The translations under genes and the position numbers were made by a program. The notes below the pieces were generated by a model. That model saw only the letters and a list, made by a program, of their open reading frames with translations. It was not told where the DNA came from and made no database searches. A DNA stretch of 59,821 nucleotides from IMG/VR virus record IMGVR_UViG_3300018080_000197, positions 1 through 59,821 of that record; one strand, written 5' to 3'. Shown here piece after piece: positions 36,761 to 46,503 of this stretch (position 1 is the stretch's first letter; each line of letters starts with the position of its first letter). The stretch comes from a virus. Its lineage: Duplodnaviria > Caudoviricetes.

Positions 36761-37993
36761 ATGGCAAACGACCTTTCAGCAATCATGCACAAGATTCTTG
36801 CCAAGGGCGTTGTGACCCTGCGCGAGCAGTGCATGATGATTCGGCTTGTCAACACTGACTACGAAGCCGAAGCCAAGGAAAAAGGCGACAGGATTGACAT
36901 CCCGGTTCCCGTCGCTGTAGGAACTCGTGACGTGACCCCCGGAGTCACGGCCCCCACGCCGGTTGACACCACTCCCACCAAGGTCCAGGTGGTTCTTGAC
37001 CAGTGGAAACAGACCGATCCGTTCCACCTCACGGACAAGGACCTCGTGGAGATTGACCGGAACGAACACTTCATGCCCGGTCAAATGGGAGAGGCTATCA
37101 AGTCTCTGGCCAATCTGGTCAACCAGTATCTCCACTCCCTCTATGTCAACGACAGTCAGGGAGTCTACGGGTTCCACGGGACCCCCGGAACCACGCCGTT
37201 CAACGCCACTGACGGAACGTCATCCGCCACAGGCGTCCGGAAGGTTCTCCACCGCCAACTCTGTCCGCGTTCCGGACGACGTGCGGTTCTGGACTTCGAC
37301 GCTGGCGCGAACGCGCTGGACCTCGAAGCCTTCAGGTCCGCCGAGAAGGTCATGTCCAAGGACGTGGTGATAGAGGGTGAAATCGGCCGGAAATACGGCA
37401 TTGACTGGTTCGAGGATGACCACGTCTCCACACACACAGCAGGGACCATCGCAGACGCTTCCGCCGGGAGAACGTGCGCAGTCAACAACGCGAGCGGATA
37501 CGCGGCCGGGATTGACACGATCAACGTCAACAACGGTGCGGAAGCTTCCGTGACCGGGACAATCGTCCGCGGTGACATAATCTCGTTCGCCAGTCACGAC
37601 CAGACCTATTGCGTCGTGTCCAACACGGGGAGCGCACAGTTCAACGATACGACCAAGGAATACACGTTCGCAACGAATGCTATCGCTGGTCTGAAGTTCT
37701 ACCCCGCGCTCACCACGGCCGTGGCGGACAACGACGTCATCACGGTCAAGGCCACTCACGTGGTCAACCTTGCCTTCCACAGGGACGCCTTCGCCTTCGG
37801 TTCGCGTCCGCTGCTGGGGGCAACGTCCGAGTTCCAGCTCGGTTCGCTCATGGTCGCCGCGCAGGACCCGTTGACGGGTCTGGCCCTCCGCTTGGAGGTC
37901 AAGCGCCAACACAAACAGGTCAGTTGGGAATTCGACGTTCTCTACGGCGGGTTGCTGGTTCGCCCCCAGCTTTGCGCCCGTCTGGGAGGCTAG
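36761..37993 (+). CDS. major capsid protein (P22-coat-like) with inserted beta domain
   Basis: KGDRIDIPVP, NLAFHRDAFAF, FDVLYG; strong RBS; position. Confidence 0.88.
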   Translation: MANDLSAIMHKILAKGVVTLREQCMMIRLVNTDYEAEAKEKGDRIDIPVPVAVGTRDVTPGVTAPTPVDTTPTKVQVVLDQWKQTDPFHLTDKDLVEIDRNEHFMPGQMGEAIKSLANLVNQYLHSLYVNDSQGVYGFHGTPGTTPFNATDGTSSATGVRKVLHRQLCPRSGRRAVLDFDAGANALDLEAFRSAEKVMSKDVVIEGEIGRKYGIDWFEDDHVSTHTAGTIADASAGRTCAVNNASGYAAGIDTINVNNGAEASVTGTIVRGDIISFASHDQTYCVVSNTGSAQFNDTTKEYTFATNAIAGLKFYPALTTAVADNDVITVKATHVVNLAFHRDAFAFGSRPLLGATSEFQLGSLMVAAQDPLTGLALRLEVKRQHKQVSWEFDVLYGGLLVRPQLCARLGG

Positions 37994-38084
37994 TCGCGTT
38001 TCCATTGACGTAAAGGTCGCCGGGAACCTCCAATCCCGGAGGGAAGGGTAGGTGGGAGACGTGCAAGACACAGGGAGGAACAGA

Positions 38085-38474
38085 ATGGGAAAGGTCATCA
38101 TCTTTGAGACCGTAGAGATAGTGGGTCCGGGAGGAAGGTCCCGCGTGAGAAAGGACCAAGTGGCGTCTTATCTCCGCCGGGATGGTTTCAGGCTGGCCCC
38201 TGCGGATGACCCCACGCCGGAAGCTCAGGCGAACCCCGAACCGGAGGCGGAGGAAATCCTTTCTCCCCAGCAACCGGAAGCGGTTGAAGCGGATGACGGC
38301 GCGGACGAAGAACCCGACGTTGTTGACAGCGCCGAAGAGGAAGAGGAAGAGGAAGAGGAACCGGAAGACGGTTTCGACGACATGTCCTACCGAGACCTCC
38401 AGGCGCTGTGTGTGGAGAGAGATATCCCGGCCACAGGGACGCGCGCACAGCTTCTGGAGCGTCTGAGGTCCTGA
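38085..38474 (+). CDS. acidic protein with C-terminal SAP domain
   Basis: DDMSYRDLQALCVERDIPATGTRAQLLERL; poly-E tract. Confidence 0.75.
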   Translation: MGKVIIFETVEIVGPGGRSRVRKDQVASYLRRDGFRLAPADDPTPEAQANPEPEAEEILSPQQPEAVEADDGADEEPDVVDSAEEEEEEEEEPEDGFDDMSYRDLQALCVERDIPATGTRAQLLERLRS

Positions 38475-38554
38475 GACACCTTCCAGGCTCCATAATGGCC
38501 GTCCTCGGCCTGTAGCGGAGCCGAATCCGGGTAATTTAGCCGGGGAGACTTGCA

Positions 38555-39091
38555 ATGTCCCTGATAGTGGAAGACGGAACCGGCCGTTCAGACGCTGAAA
38601 GCTATATCTCAGTGGCCGACGCCGATACTTACCACACCAAGTTCACGGCTTCGGCCGCTTGGGCAGGTGCGGGAACTGCGGATAAGGAAACAGCACTGAG
38701 ACAGGCTACCCAGTATCTGGACGACGAGTATCGCGGACGTTGGAAGGGATACCCGGTTGACGACGAGCAGGCGCTGGCGTGGCCGCGTCTGGACGTGGAA
38801 GACGAAAACGGATACGTGGTTGATTCCGACGCCGTCCCGGAGCAAGTGCAAAGAGCAGCCGCAGAAATGGCTTTGCGCGCCCTGTCATCCGGACCTAATC
38901 TCCTGCCGGACATAGTGGAACGCGGAACCGTGAAGAGCATCCGCAAGAAACTAGGTCCGATGGAAAAAGAGGTGGAGTATGTGGGAGGTGGAACCATAGC
39001 GGTTTCCGGACAGACCAATACCCACTTCCAGAAGGTCTACAGGATGCTGATTGGGCTGATTCGGGTTGGTGGCCGTGTGGAGAGGGGATAG
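38555..39091 (+). CDS. head-tail adaptor (DnaT-like family)
   Basis: LIVEDGTG..AESYISVADAD, QALAWPR. Confidence 0.8.
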   Translation: MSLIVEDGTGRSDAESYISVADADTYHTKFTASAAWAGAGTADKETALRQATQYLDDEYRGRWKGYPVDDEQALAWPRLDVEDENGYVVDSDAVPEQVQRAAAEMALRALSSGPNLLPDIVERGTVKSIRKKLGPMEKEVEYVGGGTIAVSGQTNTHFQKVYRMLIGLIRVGGRVERG

Positions 39092-39094
39092 GCC

Positions 39095-39466
39095 GTGACG
39101 GACTTCGACGTTGACATGCTGGAGGTAGCTGCCCAGCTACTGGCGGAATTCGGCAAGACCGTTACGGCCTACGTTCCTGCTGTTGGGCGGACGTATGATC
39201 CGGCCACGGGAACCACTTCAGGCGGAGAGGATTCGTTCAGTGTCCTCATGTCTCCACCTGTCCCCGAACGTGTGAGGGAACGGCAGGGAGACGTGGTTGT
39301 AGCCCGAGAGGTCACAGCGGCATACATAGCCGCAGAGGACCTCCAGTTCACCCCCACAGTGGGAATGCGTGTAGTCTTCAACGGGGAATCGCATAGGGCA
39401 GTAGAAGTCTCTCCCTTGCATTCCGGGGACCAGATAGCCGCATACCATCTGACTCTGGAGTCCTGA
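39095..39466 (+). CDS. head closure / head-tail joining protein
   Basis: LLAEFG, YDPATG; synteny. Confidence 0.65.
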   Translation: MTDFDVDMLEVAAQLLAEFGKTVTAYVPAVGRTYDPATGTTSGGEDSFSVLMSPPVPERVRERQGDVVVAREVTAAYIAAEDLQFTPTVGMRVVFNGESHRAVEVSPLHSGDQIAAYHLTLES

Positions 39467-39468
39467 AC

Positions 39469-39939
39469 GTGGGAGTCCTCAAATCAGACCTGGACAAATT
39501 CGTCCTGGAGTTGAACGCCTTCACGGATAAGGTCCTCCCGGAGAATCTGGTCCTCTTCCACAAGAAACTCTCACTCCAGGTTCTTCGCGGAGTGGTCATG
39601 CGAACTCCCGTGGATACGGGACGCGCTAGGGGCAATTGGCAACTAGGCGTAGAAACGGTTCCCACGGGAGAAGTGACAGACTTCGAGAAGCCACAGGCCA
39701 CAAGCGGTGAGGCTGGAAAGAAGAAACGTAGACCTCAGTTCAATGCAGTAGGAAAGGCTACCTTTGAACGGGGACTGGCCAACCTTGCTGCCCTGAAACC
39801 ATTTTCCGTAGTGTTCATAACCAACAATGTTCCCTACATAGAACCACTGGAAAACGGCCACTCCAAACAGGCCCCTAATGGGATGGTCAAGGTAACGTTG
39901 GAACAGGTCAGAACGCAGTTCGCAACGGAGGTAGGCTAA
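39469..39939 (+). CDS. HK97 gp10-like neck/tail completion protein
   Basis: TPVDTGRARGNW, NNVPYIEPLENGHSKQAP.GMV. Confidence 0.85.
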   Translation: MGVLKSDLDKFVLELNAFTDKVLPENLVLFHKKLSLQVLRGVVMRTPVDTGRARGNWQLGVETVPTGEVTDFEKPQATSGEAGKKKRRPQFNAVGKATFERGLANLAALKPFSVVFITNNVPYIEPLENGHSKQAPNGMVKVTLEQVRTQFATEVG

Positions 39940-40127
39940 TGCCAGTATTCGTGAAGAAACGCTCCGGGAAGAAACCATACGTAGTGGTGGACCCGGCAGG
40001 GAAGGTCTACGGGAGACACAGAACCAGACCAACGGCCAACAGGCAGGTATCCGCTATCAACCTGTCCATGCTGCGCAAGGCAGGGAGAAAAGGACTTCCC
40101 GCCGCTCCCAAACGGAAACGGAAGTAG
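39939..40127 (+). CDS. small basic hypothetical protein
   Basis: TAATG overlap; RBS GGAGGT. Confidence 0.6.
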   Translation: MPVFVKKRSGKKPYVVVDPAGKVYGRHRTRPTANRQVSAINLSMLRKAGRKGLPAAPKRKRK

Positions 40128-40130
40128 GGC

Positions 40131-40559
40131 ATGTCTCTCAAACACCTCACCCTCCACAACACTATCAGAGGATACTTTGACGGGACGGTCATCCCTCTGA
40201 TTTCAGGCGGACTCCCAACGCAATACGACAACGACGACACATTCGCCAAGCCGGAGAATGCACGCTGGTGTCGTTTCACCATACTTCCGGGAGAGTCCTT
40301 CCAGGTCACGGTTGGGAAGAACCAACGGTATAGGACACCCGGCGTGGCGTCTGCACAGGTTTTCACCCCAGCAGGGGCCGGGGACGCGGAAGCGCTGGGA
40401 GTAGCCGACACCATAAAGGACGCATTCCGTTCCCTCCGGCTGGGGAGTGGGATTCGCTTCAGGACGCCTTCTGTAGTTCCGGTTGGTCGCGTCGGGGATG
40501 AATGGCAAGTCAATGTGGACATGCCGTTCCAAGCCGACTCGCTTGACGACGCCCCATAA
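40131..40559 (+). CDS. tail terminator-like protein
   Basis: Synteny; G...QVFTP.G.G...ADTI...F...WQVNV..PF. Confidence 0.7.
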   Translation: MSLKHLTLHNTIRGYFDGTVIPLISGGLPTQYDNDDTFAKPENARWCRFTILPGESFQVTVGKNQRYRTPGVASAQVFTPAGAGDAEALGVADTIKDAFRSLRLGSGIRFRTPSVVPVGRVGDEWQVNVDMPFQADSLDDAP

Positions 40560-40574
40560 CGAAAGGACTAGCAA

Positions 40575-42008
40575 ATGTCTGACAGGGCAATTCTTCGGTT
40601 TGTGGAAGAGAACCAGTATGGCGTCACGCCGTCTGGTCAGATTTCCGCCGTCGCGACCACGAGCGTTGTTGCGGCGGACAACAGCTACAATGACAGTTCG
40701 GAAGACCTGTCGGTCTTCTCTCCCGGGCAACGGATTTACGTGTCCGGATTCGCCAATTCCGCCAACAACGGATACAAGACTGTCGTGTCGGCCACGGCCA
40801 ACAAACTGATAGTCAAGGAAAGTCTCGCCGACGAGTCCGCCGGAGTGACGGTCTCCCTGGAAGCCGCCATGGTGGGAATCCGTCATACGGGGGAATCACT
40901 TGGGCAAGACACGGACACACAGACCTCCAACGAGGTCCGTTGCGACAGGCAACCGGCCACCATCGTCCGGACCGCAATCTCCGCCGGTGGAGACGTGAAC
41001 TACGAACTGTCGTATGACACGTTCAACGAGTGGCTGGCGGCGGCGTTCATGGCGGCGGACTGGTCGGATAAGGTCCAGCTTCAGAATCTCGCAGACGTGA
41101 CCGTGGTGGACATAGGTGGAGGCGTCTTGGTGTTCCAGTCCGCCACAGACGGCGCGTTTTCCACGCTGAATGCTTACCAGTGGATAGAGGTGCGCGGCTT
41201 CGCCACGGCTGGGAACAACGGCTACTTCAAGATAGCCGCTATCAGCAGTCAGACTCCCGGCAGTCTGGACGACAACAGGATATCCGTGCTAAACGCCGGA
41301 ACGCTGGTGGCGGAAGGAACTCCCCCCGCAGACGTGGATATCACAATGGGGAGCCAGGTTGTAAACGGAGTCACCAAGCGTTCCTTCACCCTGGAACGTT
41401 ACTACTGTGACTTGGTTGCCCCGGCCAAACCCTACGCCAGAATGCCGGGAATGATGGTTGACACCCTGAACCTGGACGTGACGGCGGACGCCGTTGTTAC
41501 GGGAAGCTTCGGCTTCACAGGGAAGCAATCACAGTCTCAGGCGGACTCCGCCGGATATCACACAGAGGACCCGCCGGACAATGAGGTAGTAGCCTCCACG
41601 TCCGACGTGGAAGCCATTCTGGAGAACAACGAGGTCACAGAGGTCACTTCCTTCACGCTGGCGCTGGCCAACAATCTGCGGAACAAACCCGCTGTGGGCT
41701 CCCTCGGTCCGGTCGGCAAGGGGGTAGGACAGGTCAACCCCACGGGAACCGTCCAACTCTACTATGAAGACGAAGCTGTCATGGACAAGTATCTGGACTT
41801 CGAGTGGTCCGCCTTGTCCACAGTTGTGGAGGACGAAGACGGAAACGTCTACATCATTGACCTGCCCAGGGTCAAATACACCAATGGACGCCGTGTTGGC
41901 GGAGGAATCAACACGGACATAATCGCCGACATGACGTGGGAAGCCGCACGTCACCTCACAGAAGACGTGACCATTCGGCTGGTCAAGTTCGCTGCGGCGG
42001 ACACGTGA
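40575..42008 (+). CDS. major tail tube protein with two inserted 'GF...NNGY' domains
   Basis: EENQYGVTP, SNEVR.DRQ, GDVNYELSY, SFTLER, IDLPRVKY. Confidence 0.8.
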   Translation: MSDRAILRFVEENQYGVTPSGQISAVATTSVVAADNSYNDSSEDLSVFSPGQRIYVSGFANSANNGYKTVVSATANKLIVKESLADESAGVTVSLEAAMVGIRHTGESLGQDTDTQTSNEVRCDRQPATIVRTAISAGGDVNYELSYDTFNEWLAAAFMAADWSDKVQLQNLADVTVVDIGGGVLVFQSATDGAFSTLNAYQWIEVRGFATAGNNGYFKIAAISSQTPGSLDDNRISVLNAGTLVAEGTPPADVDITMGSQVVNGVTKRSFTLERYYCDLVAPAKPYARMPGMMVDTLNLDVTADAVVTGSFGFTGKQSQSQADSAGYHTEDPPDNEVVASTSDVEAILENNEVTEVTSFTLALANNLRNKPAVGSLGPVGKGVGQVNPTGTVQLYYEDEAVMDKYLDFEWSALSTVVEDEDGNVYIIDLPRVKYTNGRRVGGGINTDIIADMTWEAARHLTEDVTIRLVKFAAADT

Positions 42009-42069
42009 TCCGTTACGGGATGCCCTCCCGTAGCGTGACGGGAACTAGGGCACAATAGGGAGGAACCCG

Positions 42070-42492
42070 ATGGCTGGGTTCAAGCTGGATTCGCTCAAGG
42101 TGGACGACACCCTGCAAACGGAGGGTGTCTGGACGGAACTGTTTCCCGGGCTACAGGTGCGGATTGCGCGGCTTGGGAATCCCAAGTGTGAAAAGCTTCT
42201 CCAGAAGCTGCGCAAGCCGCACCTCCGGACTCTGCGGAAGGGACAAATCTCGGAGGAACTGGCCGACAGTCTGCTGAAGCAGGCTATGGCCAAGACCGTT
42301 CTTCTGGACTGGAAGGGGTTGGTAGTGACCGGGGAGAACGGGGAAGACGTGAGTATCCCCTACTCCCCAGAGCAGGCGCTCAAGTTCTTCCAGGACAAAT
42401 CCATCCCCGACTTCTTCGACGCCGTTTTGGAGTTCTCCCGCAACGCACAGAACTTCCACGAGGACGACAAAGAGGAAACGGAGGGAAACTGA
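42070..42492 (+). CDS. tail assembly chaperone (gpG-like)
   Basis: EGVW, IAR.GN, VLLDWKG, IPYSPE; ends in slippery G GGA AAC TGA. Confidence 0.85.
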   Translation: MAGFKLDSLKVDDTLQTEGVWTELFPGLQVRIARLGNPKCEKLLQKLRKPHLRTLRKGQISEELADSLLKQAMAKTVLLDWKGLVVTGENGEDVSIPYSPEQALKFFQDKSIPDFFDAVLEFSRNAQNFHEDDKEETEGN

Positions 42493-42977
42493 GTGCGGTT
42501 CTACGCTGGCAATTGGAATGGGCGCCCTTTATCAAACTCCTGGAACGCCGGAGAGCTAAAGGGCGTCCAACCCCAGCGTTGGACAATGAACCCGCGTTGT
42601 TTGTTGACCTCATTCCGGCGTGGGAGGCGTTCCTTGACCTTCACCGGAGCCGGCAGATTCTCTTCGACGTGTGTCCGTTCGCTGTGTCCGACGTGGAGGC
42701 GTGGCTTAGACTCCACGGATACTCAGGAGAACTTGCCGTGGACCTATACGACCAGATTTCGTGTCTGGATTCGGTATGGGTTGAATGGGCCAGGAAGAAA
42801 TCGGACGATGAACGGAAGGAACTCCAGGACCGTTTAGGGAAGGGGAGACACCGTGGCCGACCTCCCAGTAAGAATAGACGCAAGACAGGCGCGCGTAGGC
42901 GCGTCTCAGTTCGTGGACGCCGTTCACAAAATGCGGGCAGGAGCGGCGCAGGCCACCAGAGACACCAACGAGCTTGA
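42483..42977 (+). CDS. -1 frameshift extension of the chaperone (gpGT-like)
   Basis: X XXY YYZ heptamer GGGAAAC at 42483-42489; -1 frame open to 42977 (WEAFLDLHRSR). Confidence 0.75.
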   Translation, partial: GKLSAVLRWQLEWAPFIKLLERRRAKGRPTPALDNEPALFVDLIPAWEAFLDLHRSRQILFDVCPFAVSDVEAWLRLHGYSGELAVDLYDQISCLDSVWVEWARKKSDDERKELQDRLGKGRHRGRPPSKNRRKTGARRRVSVRGRRSQNAGRSGAGHQRHQRA

Positions 42978-45900
42978 CAAGGCTACCAACAAGTTCGGGA
43001 ATACGGCCAAGACGGTCACACGGATAGTTGGAGGTCTGTTCGCCACCGTAGGAACAACTATAGCCTTTCGTCAAGCAGTTGGGATCATAGCGGACTTCGA
43101 GTTCGTCATGTCTCAGGTCAAAGGCGTCTCTGGCGCGACGGCCGAGGAGTTCGGCAGACTGGAAGATTCCGCGCGGGAACTGGGAGCAACTACTGAGTTC
43201 TCCGCCACACAGGCAGGGGATGCCCTGTTGTCCCTGTCCCGCGCGGGATTTGAAGCCAACGAGTCAATAGCCTCTCTGGAACCAACGTTGAATCTGGCGA
43301 CAGCAGCGGCTATAGGACTGGGGGATTCAGCGGCTATAGTTGCTGGTTCCCTTCGCCAATTCCAACTCCCAGCCACGGAAGCGGAACGGGTAACGGACAC
43401 CTTCCTGAATACGGCTAACAGTGCAGCTACCAATGTGACGGAACTCTCCGAAGCCATGAAGCTGGCGGGACCCGTAGCTGCCCAACTAGGCCGGTCCATA
43501 GAGGAAACGTCCGCTACAGTAGGAGTTCTCGGGGACTTTATGATTCAAGGTTCAATGGCCGGGACCAACCTGCGGGGAATCCTAGCCGCTATTTTGGACC
43601 CGACCGAGAAGGCTATGTATGCCCTTCGTGAAATGGGGATAGCGCTGGAAGACATTGATCCAGCCACCAAGTCACTCTCGGAAATCTTCAAGGTCTTCCG
43701 TGACCGTGGACTGGACGCTGGGAAAGCCGTGGAGATATTCGGCAGACGCAACGTTGCGGCGGCGCTGGCGTTGGCGTCTGCGGCGGACCGTGTAGAAGCA
43801 TTGACCAAGGCCAACGAAGCGGCCGCAGGGGAAGCCAAGCGCATGGCGGAAATCATGCGCAATACCTTGCGTGGCTCTATCAACAATCTCAAATCCGCCG
43901 TGGAGGAACTGTTTCTCAAAACCGGAGACGCCGGACTCTCAGGCGCGTTGCGGCGCGTGGTGGACGTGGCTACGGAGACTATCCGGATGATGGTTGGACT
44001 AAAGGTGGAGGTGGACGAAAACACGCGCGCCGCTGAAGTCCTGCTCAGAGTCCTGCAAGGCGTAGCTGTGGCTCTAGCGGCCATAGTGGCTATCAAGGCT
44101 GTGGTTTTCCTGAAGACTGTCACGCTGGGGTTCTACAGCGCCGGATTGGCCATAGCAACGGCTACGGCGTCCCTGCTGGGATACAACGTGGCCATGTCGG
44201 CCGCTACTGCCCAGACCGTGGCGCTGGTGGCTATCATAAGCAAGGCCATAGCCGTGGTGACGGTCTTCCTGTCTCTCTTCTCTGTTTCTGCTTATGTCTC
44301 CAGCAACAGCCAAGCCGTTCAGGTCTTTATGAGTGAAGTAATACTAGGCTTCCGGCAAACCGTGGAGACAATCAGTCTCTTGGCCAAGTCGGCCGTAGAA
44401 TCAGTCACGTGGTTGATTGACAAGCTGTCTCAGGGGATGGTCCTCTTTGGCGCGGACTTCATAGCTGCGCTACAGAAGATCACTACGGTTGGAGGACCGC
44501 TTCTGTCCCGGTTAGGGGTAGACGTGCAGGGGTTGAACCGTGAGTTCCAGGAGACCATTGACACTCTCCGCACACAAGCCGGGGAATTGGGAGGTGCGGA
44601 CCTATCCAGTCGTCTGAACCCGTTGATAGACGAATCCATAGCCCATGTCCAGGAAGCCGTAGAATTGCACAAGAGCGCCGTGGAGCAAATCAAGCGCGAC
44701 TTGGCCGATGGTCCTGACCCCACGAATTGGAGTGACTTCTTTGATTGGGTAGGGGACAAACTGGACGGATACAAGCAGAAGCTGAAGGACTCGCTTGGAT
44801 TGGACTTCGGCATGGGGGATTTCAACATCCCCGACAAGATCAAGATAGACCTCCCCGATGTGGACCCCACGATGTTGGAGGCTATCAACAAGGCTGTGGA
44901 GGGACTATCCCAACCCACGGACCAACGAGAGGGAATCAACTTCCTGACCGAGAGAATAGGTCTGGTGGAGCAAGAGAATCAGCTTGTGGGGAAGTCTGCG
45001 GAATTGCGCAAGGTGGAGCAAGAAGTCCTCCAGGCGTCCATACAGGCGGATAAGGAAATGTTGAAGGGGAAAGACGCTCTTCTCCAGCGCCTCAGAGAGG
45101 CATTGACGGTCCAGGTCCAGACCAACGCCGTAGAGGACGTGAGAGAGCGCGTGCGCCAGCTAGAGCAGGAAGCAGACCTGATAGGAAAGACAGCGGGAGG
45201 GAAAGAGCAGGAAAATGAACTCTTGAAGGCCAGAAACGCATTGCAGGCCGTGGGTCTGGACCAAGACCATGAAGCCTATGTCCAATTGGAGGCTATAGTA
45301 GCTCTTCTCCAGAAAAAGAAGGTGGAGGAAGCGTTCGACAAGGTGATAGAAGGTCTCCAGAAGGAGCGAGAGGCTATAGGACAAACCAACGCCGAACGCA
45401 GGTTCACCACAGCGTTGGAACAGGCCAGAACCGTAGTGCAGGAAAAAGGGTTGGACCTTTCCTCCCAGCAAGAGGCGTCCGTCCGCCGAGAGATACAGGC
45501 TATCAACGATAAGAACGCCGCTTTGAAATTCAACGAGATTCTCCGGGATATGGAAGAGCAAAACAGGTTGCTGTTGCTGGGGAATGCGGAGAGGGAGCGT
45601 GAACTCATTCTTGCACGCGCGCGCAAGGCCGTGGAGGAAGAGGGAGGGAGGTTCACGGCGTGGCATACGGACCAGATAGAACAGCAGGTCCAACAGACCG
45701 AAGAACTCCGCAAGATACAGGCCATGTCCGACCTCCGCCGGGAATTTGCCTTGGAACGCGAAATGATCCTTATGTCCGACGAAGAAAGGGAACGTGCTAT
45801 CCGCCTGGAGGGGATCAAGCAGGACATGCGCTCTCAGGGAATAGAACTGACCCAACAGGACATAGCTCTGATAGACGAGCAAATACGCCAGACTCAGAAG

Positions 45901-46503
45901 CTGGAAGAACGAATGGCTATCTTCAGAGACATAGCGCGTGAAGCCGGTCAAGAGATAGCTGAACAGTTTGAGCTAATGACGTGGGAAGCCAAGTCGTTCA
46001 AGGACGCCCTCCGCGATGTGACCAAAGAGATATCACGGATGGTCTTCAAGCAAATGGTGACACAGCAGCTAGCCAACCTGATTACTGGAGGACTCCAGGC
46101 CGGGTTTGCCGCTGGAGTGGGCGCCAGCAGTGGTGGGGGAGGCGGAAGCACTTCCGCTGTCACCGCGGGTCTTCGCGGCGGTGGCAATCTGGGTCCCCAG
46201 CAGTATGGCGGTGTGTTCATGCGTCCTACGGACTTCCAGACTTCCGGGGGAGAGACCGGAATCTTCGGGGAATCCGGACCGGAGGCGGTTATGCCTCTTG
46301 GAAGGGATTCCAAAGGACGGTTGGGAGTCATGGCCAATGGAGAGGCAGGCGGTTCCCGCCTCACTCAGAATGTCACCATGCACGTCCACACGCCGGATGC
46401 TGATTCGTTCCGGAGGTCACAGACACAGATATCCGCCGACCTGCACAGGGTAGGCCGGTCCTTCGTAGAACAGGAGAGGAACCGTGGGCTTTCACGAGGT
46501 TAG
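42853..46503 (+). CDS. tape measure protein (TP901-type)
   Basis: 1216 aa; ARELGATTEFSA, GSMAGTNLR, C-terminal GESGPEAVMPL. Confidence 0.93.
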   Translation: MADLPVRIDARQARVGASQFVDAVHKMRAGAAQATRDTNELDKATNKFGNTAKTVTRIVGGLFATVGTTIAFRQAVGIIADFEFVMSQVKGVSGATAEEFGRLEDSARELGATTEFSATQAGDALLSLSRAGFEANESIASLEPTLNLATAAAIGLGDSAAIVAGSLRQFQLPATEAERVTDTFLNTANSAATNVTELSEAMKLAGPVAAQLGRSIEETSATVGVLGDFMIQGSMAGTNLRGILAAILDPTEKAMYALREMGIALEDIDPATKSLSEIFKVFRDRGLDAGKAVEIFGRRNVAAALALASAADRVEALTKANEAAAGEAKRMAEIMRNTLRGSINNLKSAVEELFLKTGDAGLSGALRRVVDVATETIRMMVGLKVEVDENTRAAEVLLRVLQGVAVALAAIVAIKAVVFLKTVTLGFYSAGLAIATATASLLGYNVAMSAATAQTVALVAIISKAIAVVTVFLSLFSVSAYVSSNSQAVQVFMSEVILGFRQTVETISLLAKSAVESVTWLIDKLSQGMVLFGADFIAALQKITTVGGPLLSRLGVDVQGLNREFQETIDTLRTQAGELGGADLSSRLNPLIDESIAHVQEAVELHKSAVEQIKRDLADGPDPTNWSDFFDWVGDKLDGYKQKLKDSLGLDFGMGDFNIPDKIKIDLPDVDPTMLEAINKAVEGLSQPTDQREGINFLTERIGLVEQENQLVGKSAELRKVEQEVLQASIQADKEMLKGKDALLQRLREALTVQVQTNAVEDVRERVRQLEQEADLIGKTAGGKEQENELLKARNALQAVGLDQDHEAYVQLEAIVALLQKKKVEEAFDKVIEGLQKEREAIGQTNAERRFTTALEQARTVVQEKGLDLSSQQEASVRREIQAINDKNAALKFNEILRDMEEQNRLLLLGNAERERELILARARKAVEEEGGRFTAWHTDQIEQQVQQTEELRKIQAMSDLRREFALEREMILMSDEERERAIRLEGIKQDMRSQGIELTQQDIALIDEQIRQTQKLEERMAIFRDIAREAGQEIAEQFELMTWEAKSFKDALRDVTKEISRMVFKQMVTQQLANLITGGLQAGFAAGVGASSGGGGGSTSAVTAGLRGGGNLGPQQYGGVFMRPTDFQTSGGETGIFGESGPEAVMPLGRDSKGRLGVMANGEAGGSRLTQNVTMHVHTPDADSFRRSQTQISADLHRVGRSFVEQERNRGLSRG

